From: Laetmonice hystrix
Lineage: Eukaryota
Reading direction: 5' to 3'
Length of the DNA: 64,000 nt
NCBI GenBank assembly: GCA_965235115.1
Contig: OZ249436.1
Location: forward strand, 16,680,001 to 16,744,000
Position numbers and translations under genes: made by a program. Each line of letters opens with the position of its first letter. Within the stretch, counting starts at the first letter, position 1. The notes beneath the pieces were generated by a model. It ran no database searches and had not been told where the DNA came from. It saw only the letters and a list, made by a program, of their open reading frames with translations. Below are positions 38,501 through 50,981 of this stretch, one piece after another.

Positions 38501-41500
38501 ACGTCACGGGGGCCCTCGACAAGGCCTATACTAATTCTGTGTGAGTTTACAACGTCACGGGGGTCCTCGACAAGGCCTATACTAATTCTGTGTGAGTTTA
38601 CAACGTCACAAGTCCATCGACAGTGCCTATACTAATTCTGTGTGAGTTTACAACGTCACGGGGGCCCTCGACAAGGCCTATACTAATTCTGTGTGAGTTT
38701 ACAACGTCACGGGGGCCCTCGACAAGGCCTATACTAATTCTGTGTGAGTTTACAACGTCACGGGGGCCCTCGACAAGGCCTATACTAATTCTGTGTGAGT
38801 TTACAACGTCACGGGGGCCTCGAGAAGGCCTATACTAATTCTGTGTGAGTTTACAACGTCACGTGGAACCTCGGCCTATACTATGTGAGTTTAGGCCTAT
38901 AACTTCACGGGGGCCCCCGACAGGTCCTATACTATGTGAGTTTATAACTTCACGGGGGCCCCCGACAGGACCTACTAGTTTTATGTTAGTTTATAACGTC
39001 ACCGATGCAGCATTAACCTCACTTTCCCATCAAATATCTTCGTTTTTAAACACGATTCTGTTTACTCTTGTGCGATGGTCGACTTTGTTGAATATATGCT
39101 CTATAACATCTTTCGTTTAGGGGCCTATCATAGAGGACAACTTCTTCGCTACTATTAACAACATTGAGCAAGGGGCGTTCAAACGTATGCTTTCACAGCG
39201 CGGGAAACCTGTCACCCTCATTTCAGCCATTTTCGGGTACGTAGATCCAAGTGTACGTATATGGTTGGTTCGGGGGTAAAACTTTATTCAGGTATGCCAA
39301 ATATACTAAACGCCAAAGGTAAACATTCCCAAAAGTACCAAACCAAACAATCGTAATTTCATAAAGTTTAAACAATCAAGTAACGGTGGGTTTGACCCTC
39401 GAATCAACCACAAACAACGAATCAGATCAAAGAGAACGCTACAGTTTTGTTTTTTAAGGGATGGTGCGCCAGATGCGGCCAACGCGGCTTACATGGCAAG
39501 CAAGAACGCGATCATAACGTGGGCAGGCATCCTTGATTATGCATATTACGACGAAGATTTCCCTATGTGAGTTAAACTTTTTATTGATGAGACAAATGTT
39601 AAATTCCGTTTACTTTGTATCGATTTAAATCACAAATATGGCTCTTAGAACCGAGGTGGATTGCTTTACTGAATATTGTCAAAGGTAAGATGGTACTCAA
39701 CGACACAAACAGCTAGGTCCAATACAAAAACCTGACGTCCTAATTATGAAAAATGGATGATCAACTTTAGATATGCCAACAAGTTGTTTGATGCGAACGA
39801 CATTCAAATCATAGTCAGAATACACAGGACCAATCATCCATGATGCAGAGGGTTTGTTCCTATGGGGCGCCGTTTTCACATTTATTCCTATTTAGAGATA
39901 TCATTAAATGAATTTTTGATATCTCTAATTCATTTCTTGATATCACTAAATCATTTCTTGATATCATTAAATATTTAATGATATCAAGAAATAATTAGAG
40001 ATATCAAAAAAGAATTAGTGATATCACTAAATGAATTAGCGATATCAGAAATAGAATTAGTGATATCAGAAATAGAATTAGAGATATCACTAATTCAATT
40101 AGAGATATCAAAAATTGAATTGCCGATATCAATAAATGGATTAATGATATCGCTAAATGCCTTTCTATTTTTGATATCTCTAATTCATTTTTTGATATCA
40201 TTAATTCAATTTCTGATATCGTTAAATCATTTAGTGATATCATTAATTCATTTTTTGATATCTCTAATTAAATTTCTGATATCTCCAATTCAATTAATGA
40301 TATCTCTAATTCTTCTATTTGCAGATATCAAAAATTGTTTTTTTGATATCGGAAATTGAATTTCAGATATCAGAAATAGAATTGCAGATATCATTAATTC
40401 AATTAGCGATATCACTAATTCTCTTCCTATTTTTGATATCTGTAATATAATTTCTGATATCTCTAATTGTATTTTTGATATCACTAATTCGTGACCCAGT
40501 TTAAAAATCCATTGGGATTTCGAACCGCTCCCCAGCCCAGCTCTGTCACCGGTCGGCCTCCCATCGCCTGTCCTACCGTCAACATGGTGCGTTACTTGGC
40601 GGTCTCCGCCATTTGAAGTTTTTCAAAGTGTGGACAGTTGACCTTGTAATACAGACAAACATTTCACAGTAGAGGATCTTATGAACATTTTCAAAACTGT
40701 GTGGAGTCGGGTGAATAGAATTTTGTCTCCAAATTGACGAGTAAAGAGCAGCGTGTTCCCTATTGAAATAGCATTGCGATCACGTCCTGACCCCCAATCT
40801 ACCGGAATATACCGAAATCTATCGAAATCTACCGAAATCAAGACACCATAGCCCATGACTAATTACCGATATCGACCCCCAGACTTACCGAAACCGACCT
40901 CTAATAGTGTTGGGAAGGCCCCAAACTTACCGGAATCGACCTCTAGTTGTCTTTGGGAGCCTCCAAACTTACCGAAATCGACCTCTAATAGTGTTGGGAA
41001 GGACCCATATTTACCGAAATCGACTTCTAATTGGGTTTAGGAGCCCCCAAACTTACCGAAATCGACCTCCAGTTGTGTTTGGGAGCCCCCAAACTTACCG
41101 AAATCGACCTCTAATTGGGTTTAGGAGCCCCCAAACTTACCGAAATGAACCTCTAATTGGGTTTAGGAGCCCCCAGACTTACCGAAATCGACCTCTAATA
41201 GTGTTGGGAAGGCCCCAAACTTACCGAAATCGACCTCTAGTTGTGTTTGGGAGCCTCTAAACTTACCGAAATCGACCTCTAATTGTGTTCGGTAAATCTG
41301 GGGCCTTCCCAACACTATTAGAGGTCGATTTCGGTAAGTCTGGAGGCTTCCTAACACTATTAGAGGTCGATTTCGGTAAGTTTGGGGGCTCCCAAACCCA
41401 ATTAGAGGTCGATTTCGGTAAATCTTGGGCTCCCAACCCCAATTAGAGGTCGATTTCGGTAAATCTGGGGCCTTCCCAACACTATTAGAGGTCGATTTCG

Positions 41501-44500
41501 GTAAGTTTGGGGGTCGATTTCGGTAATTAGTCATGGGGTGTCTGGATTTCGGTAGATTTCGGTAGATTTCGGTAGAGATCTATATTCCCACCGTGGGGAG
41601 CAGTAATTGTTTCGAAGAAGGGATACGCATGGCTAATTTCAGATATCAGAAATTCAATTTTTGATATCAAAAATTGAATTAATGATATCTCTAATTCTGT
41701 CAATTTTTGATATCACTAAATGAATTGGAGATATCAGAAATTGAATTAGCGATATCAAAAATACAATTGTAGATATCATTAAATGAATTAGAGATATCAA
41801 AAATTAAGGTGGAATTAATTATATCTCTAATTCAATTTTTGATATCAAAAATTGAATTAATGATATCTCTAATTGAATTAGTGATATCTCTAATTCAATT
41901 TTTGATATCAGAAAATCAATTTCTGATATCTCCAATTCAATTAATGATATCAAAAATTGACAGAATTAGAGATATCATTAATTCAATTTTTGATATCAAA
42001 AATTGAATTAGAGATATCATTAATTCAATTTTTGATATCAAAAATTGAATTAGAGATATCATTAATTCAATTTTTGATATCAAAAATTGAATTAGAGATA
42101 TCACTAAATAGGAATAAATGTTAAAACGGCGCCCCATAACCCAAACGGTGATCTCTGCTTAGAAAATGAGACCGAACATCTTGAGAAAGCGTGATTACTG
42201 ATTTTTTTTCTTGATGTTATTTGGGCAGCGGCATGTTGTATGGAAGCATCGGTTTCGTGCTCGGCCATGAGATAACGCACGGCTATGACACCATTGGTAA
42301 GGGTTTCCATAACCTAATCACATCCAAGGTTGGTGTTTCCATAACCTAATCCCAAGGTTGCTGTTTCCATTAGCTAATTACACCTACGGTGGGTGTTTAA
42401 ATAATCTAATCAGGTGGGTCTAATCACATCTAATGTTAATGCTCCCATTATCTAATCTCATCCAAGACTGATGCTCCTATTATCTAATCTCATCCAAGAC
42501 TGGTGCTCCCATTATCTAATCACATGCAAGGTTGATGCTCCTATTTATCTAATCTTCAAAGTTGGTGTTCCCATTACCAAGTCATCTGTTTCCTTTCCGT
42601 CCTTGGGTAAGAGTGACTCAAATGTGAAGAACGACTTCCGGTGGGGTGTTTGAGCCAAACTGTCCCGAACTGGAGATCGTGGTAGATCCTGACGCTTTGG
42701 CGCTGTGACATTACCAACGAAGTAGCTACGATCTACTACTAATAACTTATGAAGACCTACAAACAACCTACGATCATTTTCAGGAACCGTGGCGAACTAA
42801 TACCGAACTGCCAAGTTCATCATCTGTTAAAAGATTCTTTCATGTCAGTTCGTCATGTAACGTGCCCGTATGTGTTCGGAGCTGGGCTCGTGGCAATTTG
42901 TCACGGTTCGTATTACTTTGTACACCCTACGATCCCCTACGAATTGCCTACGAAGTCCTATGACGCCACCTATATATGAACCCCTATGACACAAAGTGGC
43001 GATCTCTAGCGAACTCAGGCGGAACCTTCACGAACCACTCGCAGAACTGCACCGAACAGCCAGCTCATGACAGTTCGGGATCAAAATCAGATAGGTGAGA
43101 ACAGGGCTGAACTTAAGCCATGATGAAAACCAGACGACGACTTTGTGACCTATTGCGACTTTTCGTGACTCCCCCGACTACATCTACAACACCCCCAAGA
43201 CGTTCCTACGACTTGTCATGATCTGACAATGTGGATCGGCGTAAAATTCATGACGGTGTTACAGGGTTTTAGAATGTCGTGTCGTTATATTTTCTTCGAT
43301 TCCTCAGATAGTCGAATATATTCGTAATATCAGCAATATTTGGTTACATGGATCATGCATTGTGCTGCAGGCAAAGATTATGACAAGGTTGGCAACTATA
43401 AACCATGGCTGAGTGAAGCCTCCCTGGCGGAGTTCAACAAGAGGGCGCAATGTTTGGTGAAACAGTACGGTCAATACGAGATTCTGCCGGGGGCGAAGGT
43501 TTGTAAATTATACTTTCGCCAAACATTCAACAAAACTTCTAATTCAACTATAAGTTCGATTCGTTCAAGGTATTCCTTCTTGTTTTTTTTTCTGAGGCCC
43601 CTTATTTAAATAATATTATCTATGGTATGTTGTTTATGTCTGCAACGTAGGTGGACGGAGAGCTGACATTGGCGGAGAACATCGCCGATAATGGGGGTAT
43701 CAAGGTGGCCTATGACGCCTACCAAAGTTGGCGGAAGGCCCGCGGTGACAAGCCGGGACTCGAACCAAAACTGCCAGGCCTCGATCTCACACATGAGCAG
43801 CTCTTCTTCGTCGCTATGGCAACGGTAAGATTCAACTGCTCTAGAAAGTGTTCCCCTTTAAGAATGGCCATCATGAAGGACCGTAGAATGGGTTCTCGTG
43901 ACCTTTATATGCAGTCAGAATGACCGTCGTGAAGGACCGTAGAATGGGTTCTCGTGACCTTTAAAGGCAGTCAGAATGACCGTCGTGAAGGACTGTAGAA
44001 TTAGTTTTTTTGACCTTTAAAGGCAGTCAGAATGACCGTCGTGAAGGACTGTAGAATTAGTTTTTTTGACCTTTAAAGGCAGTCAGAATGACCGTCGTGA
44101 AGGACTGTAGAATTAGTTTTTTTGACCTTTAAAGGCAGTCAGAATGACCGTCGTGAAGGACGGTAGAATGGGTTAGCCTGACCTTTAAATGCAGTCAGAA
44201 TGACCGTCGTGAAGGACCGTAGAATGCGTTATCCTGACCTTTAAATGCAGTCAGAATGACCGTCGTGACGGACTGTAGAATTAGTTTTTTTGACCTTTAA
44301 AGGCAGTATCTTGCACGGAATCGACAATCATGCTTACCTCCTGGCCGCTGACGTATTCTAGGACACTGAATGCACTATTTTATAGATTCTTTTAACGCAT
44401 AGTATAGGTAAACAGTAGTGATGGCCAAGAAAGCACAAACACTGTGGCAAACACGATGCATGGTCCCCAACATTCTGGTAGATGTCACAAATTGTGGGAA

Positions 44501-45175
44501 TATAAACAACTCTCAATGCATGGGAACGAGACCCAAATTGAGCCAGCAGAGAAACGCCATCCAAACATATTTTTGGTGAAAGGCCACGTATTGTTTTAAA
44601 TTTGCAAGACAGTCTCGAATTTCTTGTAAGAAAGTGTCAATGTTATAAACCAAACTTTATTCACTCTTCAGCCCTGGTGCACAACTGCTACAGACGCCGC
44701 CTACCGGCAGCTCCTAACAGCAGACGAACACTCGCCTGGAAAATTCAGGTACAGCAATCCTTACACTACTTGCCTGGAAAATACAGTAACACTTTCTCCA
44801 CACAACTTGCAAACACAGGTGACACTTTTTCTACACACCTTGCAAACACGGGTAACACTTTCTTCATACATGTTGCCAACACAGGTAACACTTAACCACA
44901 GGCACAGCACCCCTTACACTACTCTTCTGGCAAATTCGGGTTACACTTTAACCACACGCCTTGTAGACACAGGTAACACTTAGACCACACACCTCGCAGA
45001 CACAGGTAACACTTACACAACTCACCTGGCAAATACAGGTAACATTACACCACACATCTATTTGTACTCTTTCAGGATAATCGGGCCACTAAGTAACTAC
45101 GCCAAGTTCTCCGAAGCTTTCAACTGTCCTATCGGCAGCTACATGAATCCCAGAGATAAATGTATCATCTGGTGA
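29585..45175 (+). CDS. M13 (neprilysin/ECE-like) metallopeptidase, copy B, 738 aa; join(29585..29594,31722..31882,33102..33314,33477..33605,35098..35258,35363..35534,35623..35712,36085..36209,36615..36819,37556..37735,39121..39236,39459..39566,42229..42296,43371..43498,43651..43824,44672..44748,45076..45175)
   Basis: Same exon sizes and phases as copy A (exon 2 is 3 nt longer); [34 protein letters not shown]. The exon 2 donor (AGT|gtcagt) is inferred from phase. Confidence 0.9.
30251..30836. mobile_element. Internally deleted Tc1/mariner-superfamily element retaining the transposase C-terminus
   Basis: TA-TCGGGTGTCCCAGAAAAAGTGAA...TTCACTTTTTCTGGGACACCCGA-TA; empty site GGATGTATAATTT in copy C (52858-52870). 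ORF 30372-30632 ends MDYAI...[12 protein letters not shown]...[24 protein letters not shown], typical of the Tc1/mariner DDD/E C-terminus. Confidence 0.88.
30880..31745 (+). repeat. 50-bp exon 2 acceptor-derived array (copy B)
   Basis: GCGTCCC at 31621, 31671 and 31721 (real acceptor); more units at 30880-31012. Confidence 0.85.
31024..31575. mobile_element. TIR element inserted in the copy B exon 2 acceptor array
   Basis: TACACGGCTCA...GGAGAGAGTCCGTCACCACACA versus TGTGTGGTGACGGACTCTCTCC...TGAGTCGTGTA. Confidence 0.75.
33778..34006. mobile_element. TTAA-flanked MITE with AGG...CCT ends (Kolobok-like)
   Basis: TTAA-AGGACCAGT(T/G)TATTC...GAATACACTGGTCCT-TTAA. Confidence 0.75.
34160..35105 (+). 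repeat. 34/36-bp array made of the intron4/exon5 acceptor junction (copy B, ~27 units)
   Basis: TACTTGTGCCCTCTGTACCCGTACAG|TATATCGA repeated; the last unit is CCCATACAG|TATATCGACAGT, the real exon 5 start (YIDSLGGW). Confidence 0.93.
37709..39001 (+). repeat. ~51-bp array made of the exon10/intron10 donor junction (copy B, ~25 units)
   Basis: GCCCTCGACAAGGCCTATACTAATTCT(A/G)T|GTGAGTTTACAACGTCACGGGG versus exon end GCCCTCGACAGAGCGTACCAGTTCTAT|GTGAGTTTACAACGTCAC. Confidence 0.93.
39863..42136. mobile_element. 2.27-kb TA-flanked foldback element with GATATC-rich subrepeat arms and a second inverted-repeat element (~40798-41577) in its centre
   Basis: TA-TGGGGCGCCGTTTTCACATTTATTCCTATTTAGAGATATC ... 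GATATCACTAAATAGGAATAAATGTTAAAACGGCGCCCCA-TA. Inner arms consist of ACCGAAATCGACCTCTA repeats that invert near 41285. Confidence 0.85.
42297..42580 (+). repeat. ~32-bp array starting at the exon 13 donor (copy B)
   Basis: G|GTAAGGGTTTCCATAACCTAATC..CATCCAA re-iterated as GGTTGGTGTTTCCATAACCTAATC. Confidence 0.75.
43860..44307. repeat. 56-bp tandem repeat (~8 copies), copy B intron 15
   Basis: AGAATGACCGTCGTGAAGGACTGTAGAATTAGTTTTTTTGACCTTTAAAGGCAGTC. Confidence 0.92.
44728..45058 (+). repeat. Degenerate ~33-bp array derived from the exon16/intron16 donor junction (copy B)
   Basis: Exon end ACTCGCCTGGAAAATTCAG|GTAC echoed as ACTTGCCTGGAAAATACAGTAAC, ACCTCGCAGACACAGGTAAC and ACTCACCTGGCAAATACAGGTAAC. 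Confidence 0.75.
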
Positions 45176-47160
45176 TGAAGGATGGAAACGCCATTAATGT
45201 CAACAATACACATGTATATGGACAGACGTATAGTGTCAAATTTCACAGTCAGGCTGTTAGTTGTTTGACCAATGAACATGTTTAACAACCATGCTGTTAG
45301 TTGTTTGACCAATGAACATGTTCACCAATCATGCTGCTATAGTTCACCAATCAACATGTTAACCAATCATGCTGTCAGTTTTTGACCAAGAAACAAGTTG
45401 TATGCGTACTGCTGGTCAGTTAATTTGCCACAAAAATGTCATTGCTGTTAGATTTAAGACTGAAAGAAGTTTTTTTTAGAATCGCTGATGTTTCGCTTGT
45501 AAAGAAAGCTTCGATAATCACTGCGCATGGGTTTTAAAATGAATACGGTTAGGTCTGTGAAACATAAATAAGCTATAAAATTATTGTTGGTGTGTGGTAG
45601 ATTCAGGAATACGTGTCCAAATCACCGCTGTGATGTTCTCACGGCCAACAAAATGCAAACACAACCTGTATAGTCGGAGTTTTGTTATTCAAATAACTTC
45701 TGTGCTGAATAAAGATGTTCACTCAAAGTAGCCTCCTTCTGCCCCGACTTTCGCCAGCCATCATAGTGTCGGTAAATATTGAATAACCTCATTCTGATCC
45801 ACTGACTGGGGTGTTTTTGGTCTCCAACTCCAAGTTATGTTAACGCAAGTTGGTACGGTGTCCTATAAAGCACGGTATACATGAGTACTGGAACGACGCG
45901 ACGGAACCGTCCCTTTCTGCCGTGAAAAATCGCCACCCGTGTAACCACCTTTGCCACGACAGTTGCCGGTTGTTGCTGTTGGTCGCTAAATATACCCCTT
46001 TTCAATGCAGATTATTTAAAAGTAAAATTACATAGAAAATAAGACATGTCCGTCCCTTATATGACACCATAGATTGGGACTAGTACCAATCCCCCCCCCC
46101 CCCCATCCCCCTTCGCCACCCCCGTGTTTGTATTGTGTAGGCGGACTTGCCTGCTCCCAAGTGTTTGTTGAGCCAGGACGAACCCCAGCGCGTCGAATGT
46201 TGTTTGATGGTGAATCACACACCACTCCCTGATGACTGGATTCTTGGCCGGGACAGGTTTGGGGTGTATGATCTCATGGTAGCGGGAGAGATGTTGACCT
46301 AGGGAGGTTCCTCATGGTACAGGAATAGAAAGGGGAATATTTGAAATCGGGGACATAACAGAGATAATTACAGTCTGTTTATTGCCAAAGGGTTAGGGTT
46401 AGGGTTACCACATTCTCTGGGACACCACTCTGGAGCAATTGGGAATCCTCGGCCATATCTTCGAAAGTAGCCGCGGGTGAATTGAGCGCCATTTTGAGCA
46501 TTGCATCGCGGGTACATTGAGCCGGGACTCTGGAAATAATGGCAGTGCTTGTAGTGTTTTTTGTCTGCATCAGGCATGGAAGCAACTAAGATAGGCCTCT
46601 AGTGCTCTTCCCATAGCCAGTGGGCAATAATGCGATAGAATCATATTCATGATACAAGTAGTCCGACCATTGTAACATCATAATAATGTAAACATGTTAC
46701 TTGTTTGCTCATTATCAACACGTAGCCGGCGAAATCATGTTTATAATGCACACAACACCTAAAACAGTCGGTCAGTCGACTGCACTACATTTTCAATCGA
46801 GAGCACACCACATATCCGGCGGATTCACGGCATATGACCGTCAAATCCGTACACTTTCACTCTCCGAGTCCAGTTCCCGAAAGGAAAGTAAACCGGAAAT
46901 GGCTCGGTCGTTCCGAATGGCTGCACAGACGGGGTGGTGTCCCAGAGAATGGCACAGTGGGCGTTATATAGTCGGAGGGTCAGGGCGCACCTCCAGAGAG
47001 GTGTCCCACAAAATGTGGTAGGCCTACACTGAGTGCTATATGGTGGGAGGGCCTGGGTGCACCTCCAGAGTCCATTCGGGATTCCCTCGGGCATATGACG
47101 TCAGTTCCTGCGCTATTCGAATATACCCTCGGGTGAATTAGTGGCCATGTTGGCAACCAG

Positions 47161-49301
47161 GGTATCAGGACACTTCCCCCCTGGACATTTGCCCCCCGGA
47201 CATCTGCCCCCAGACTTCTGCCCCCTAGGACATCTGCCCCCGGATTTTCGCCACCCGGACATTAGCCCCCGTAGGACTTCTGTCCCCCTAGGACATCTGC
47301 CCCATGGATTTTTGCCCCCCCCCCCCCGGACATTAGCCCCCGTAGGACTTCTGCCCCCCTAGGACATCTGCCCCCCGGATTTTTGCCCCCGGACATTAGC
47401 CCCCGTAGGACTTCTGCTCCCCTAGGACATCTGCCCCTTTCTCGAAAATTTACCTCCGAACCTGAACTGACCTGTCGGAATCGGATTAACCATCCACCTC
47501 GTATTCAATGTGAAGGAGTGTCTAATTAAAGCATTGGGTCAACTTTCCACTTTTCTCTTGAAATTGAAGTGGAACAAAGTTAGTTGTCTCACTGGGACTG
47601 TTTGGCATTATGTGTCGTTGCTAACTGTAGTTGCACAGCTACTAACTGTAGCTATGCCTAAATTGAAGAAACCCACATCTTCTTGATATCTGCATGTACA
47701 CCTGGGACAGTCAAAGAGAACCTGGATGAGTCAGTCGAAGAGTAGCAGGGCCTGCTCTGGCCATAGTTTTGTGCATTAGTATTATGATATCCAGTTGTAC
47801 GATTAATTTCTCTTTAAAAGAAAAGACCATCGCCAGTCTGTATAGGCCAGGCACACATGCTGTGATATTCTAAGCAAGTTAAAAAATATTTGAACACAAT
47901 TGGTGCTCAGATGGTTAAGATATTATAGGCACTTTAGTGCCGGAGGCTTCTTACAACCTGCTCAGCTGGTGAAGGCCGCCATTCCTTGGGCTGATCTCAA
48001 AGTGCGCATGCTCGCCCTAGGCGAGCATGCGCAGCACGACTGCTCTTCAGTTTGGGAGGAACTGAAAGCTGACGCACCTGTTGCGTTGATCGATTTGGAA
48101 GGCAGCGAACGTTGACAGCTTATAAGCAAAATTTGTTAGAACATAGACGAAAACCATCGATAGTGATGAGGAATGGCTAGGAAAAGCCTACCGATGTCAG
48201 GGGACATATCAGGGTGGACACGGATCTGGGCAGCCGTGGGTTTCGGCCGCCTGCATTCGTCCCACTTGGATTCGCGCATGCGTCCGATGTTGACGGGAGC
48301 TCTGGCCTCTGAGGCCCGGCGCCACTCTGACTACGACCACGAGCAATGGCAGTGTCAGCATTGTCAGTACAGACCTGCTGCGTTTAGTTGTGACTGTGAC
48401 TGTGACTGTGGGACTGACTGATTTGCCACCCGCCTCGGCTGCCTTTAGCCTAGTATAGCCTAGCCCTGGCATGCAAAAGATTAGCCCTGGAACGTCACTT
48501 CCGGTCAGCCCAATAGCAACAAATGGCTGCGCTGCTGAAGCCAGTGATTTTGACACGGTTGTCGTGTTCAATATATGACTCTTGGAATAGGGGGACATTT
48601 ATTTCCAACCACTACTCTGAAAGGTGAGTATATATAGAGGCCTTGCAGCTGTTCAAATGTGATTTTTGACTGGTCTTCTCCTTTAAAAAGAAAATGTATA
48701 TTTTGCTATAATAATCCAGATTTCAACTAGCCCAATAGATCATAATGGACAATCCGTAAGGTCAAAGGTAAGCATGGTAAAGATTATTAGATTTCATTTG
48801 TAATGAAAATTATTGAAGGTAGCAGATACACGACAATGGCATTTGCATGTTCCTGCCCACCCTTCAGTAATTTTAAGGACAAAATAATTTAAATAATGCA
48901 GGACCCACACAATAACCAGTTAATGACACGCGCTGATGTAAAGAAACGAAATGTAAATACATGTATTTACAATTTAAATGTCTGTACCCCTTTAATCCTT
49001 TAATTTTCTGGGGGAAGTCCTACAGGAGCAAAGTTCGGGGGGGGTAAATATCCGGGGGGGGGGGCAGATGTCCTAGGGGGGGCAGAAGTCCTACGGGGCT
49101 AATGTCTGGGGGGCAAAAACCCGGGGGGCAGATATCCTAGGGGGGCAGAAGTCCTACGGGGGCTAATGTCCGGGGGGCAAAAATCCGGGGGGCAGATGTC
49201 CTAGGGGGGCAGAAGTCCTATGGGGGCTAATGTCTGGGGGGCAAAAATCCGGGAGCAAGTGTCCGGGGGGCAGATGTCCGGGGGGCAAATGTCCTAGAAT
49301 C
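47161..49301. mobile_element. 2.14-kb non-autonomous Mutator-like element with repetitive subterminal arms
   Basis: 9-bp TSD GGCAACCAG (47152-47160 / 49302-49310); inverted arms of GGACATCTGCCCCC repeats; empty site (CTGGTTGCC, single copy) in related repeat copies near 27494 and 51299. Confidence 0.82.
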
Positions 49302-50348
49302 GGCAACCAGATACATGGCCAAATGGAGCTGTGTAGCAAGGCACTGAGTGAACCGTCATATCTCATCGAGCCAGGAAGTAGTGCATTATTGAAACCTTGG
49401 CATCGTATGTGCAAATATAAATTTCTGATATGATCGAAGGGGAACGTTTGAAGAAGAAAAATGAATCAACTAATTTACCTAAATCAGCGCGTGATATGGA
49501 AATTTTTCAAATTATAAGAAGCAATATGGCCGCGCCCATGAACGACATGAACGACAACAACACGACACATATAATACGATTTTACGATGGCGATACCTAG
49601 TGCATGGCGTGTTCGATAGATTACGAATTCAATGGAGATTCCTTTGGAAGAATTTCTAAGTGCGGTAGGCCGACAATATGCGAGCGACAGCCTTTGTTTG
49701 CTCGTCACTTTAGCTGACATACGGACAGCATGTAACACTGGCAGGTGCACGCGTTGTGTCTTGTCTCGATCGAGCCCGCCGCCCCTCGGCTCGGGGGCCC
49801 CGACTGCCCGCAGTGAGCGAGTTGCTGTCAGCTGCTTTGACGGGATCTTCGCTGGGTTTAACCCGGCGGGCTGAAGTGACCGGCTCACATCGCGTCGACC
49901 GGGGCTCACACGCCCCCTATTCCCCTTAACACATGTCTGTGTTTACATTTTGAAAATAGTTTGGTGACCTCAGCAAAGCAAGATAGCGTTTTCACTGTCC
50001 GAGTCCAGTTCCCAAAAGGAAAGTAAACCGGAAATAGCTCGGTCGTTCCGATTGGCGGTGCAGCCTAAGCTTCCCACCAGTCGGAACACCGACGCTGCTT
50101 CTGATTGGCTGTTTTTAGGTCATATCCGGAGAAGAATCAGGCCTCGGATGTATGAAGCGGCCATTTCCCCAGGATTCGCGTAAAGTCGTGTAAAGCGGCA
50201 TCGCGGATGTAGTGATGAGCAGTAAATAGTCGAATTTCCCCTCTACGCACAGGCACATAGTTCTAATCTAATTTCTCAACATACCTATCCTTCTCGAATT
50301 TTTACCGTAGAGGCAAAGCAGTCTCTCCTTTACCTGCGAGCAAACCAG

Positions 50349-50981
50349 GGGCCGTATGCATAAAAATCCCCTAAACTGAGGGTAAAAACTACCCTTAAAT
50401 CTAAAGTATTCCACTTGCGAAAGTGCAATGCATAATGCATAGGAGTAATGCATAAAGACACTTAAGGGAGTACTTAGGCAAGTATTCCTCTGATCCACCT
50501 CAGGGGATCCCCTCAAAGTTCGAGAGACGTTGCATTATTATCAACCAATAGAAACATCCTTACAAGGCATGCAAATTGGGATTTCCCTGATCACATGGCA
50601 AGGTTTTCCCCAAGATATTCCACCAACCAGGTTAGAGCTTATGCACAAGTACAGCACACTGTTTAGAAGTTCACACCTTCCATGGCACTTTGAATGTTTA
50701 ACATCTATATTAGTATAATGTACATGTAATGTACATTATACTAATGTAATGTACATATAATATATATAATGTACATATAATGTAATGTACATAATAGTAT
50801 AGGATTCCCTTATCCCAGTTAGGTGTGGTGTTAGTACACTTAGACATGAGAGGAAAATTAGGGGATTCACTCATATTGAGGGGCATCTAGCATAGCACTT
50901 ACACTAGGAGTTTCATTCAAGTATACATTTAAGGGTCTACCTTAAGTTTCTCTGACTTAAGTGCTTTTATGCATACGGGCC
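50349..50981. mobile_element. PIF/Harbinger-like MITE
   Basis: TIR GG(G/C)CCGTATGCATAAAA; 3-bp TSD CAG; empty site AAACCAGATATT at ~27731. Confidence 0.82.

Noticed and set aside
40004..42137. ISLI/ISKI-repeat ORFs resembling leucine-rich repeats
   Set aside because: Products of GATATC subrepeats in a foldback element, present on both strands.
43860..44307. 56-bp array (and the 31-bp array at 17762-18040) as further junction-derived repeats
   Set aside because: Close to exons, but I see no similarity to the junction sequence, so they are not counted in the junction-array pattern.
46389..46407. GGGTTAGGGTTAGGGTTA telomere-like motif
   Set aside because: Only 2-3 units, at the edge of a dispersed repeat; not evidence of a telomere or a fusion.
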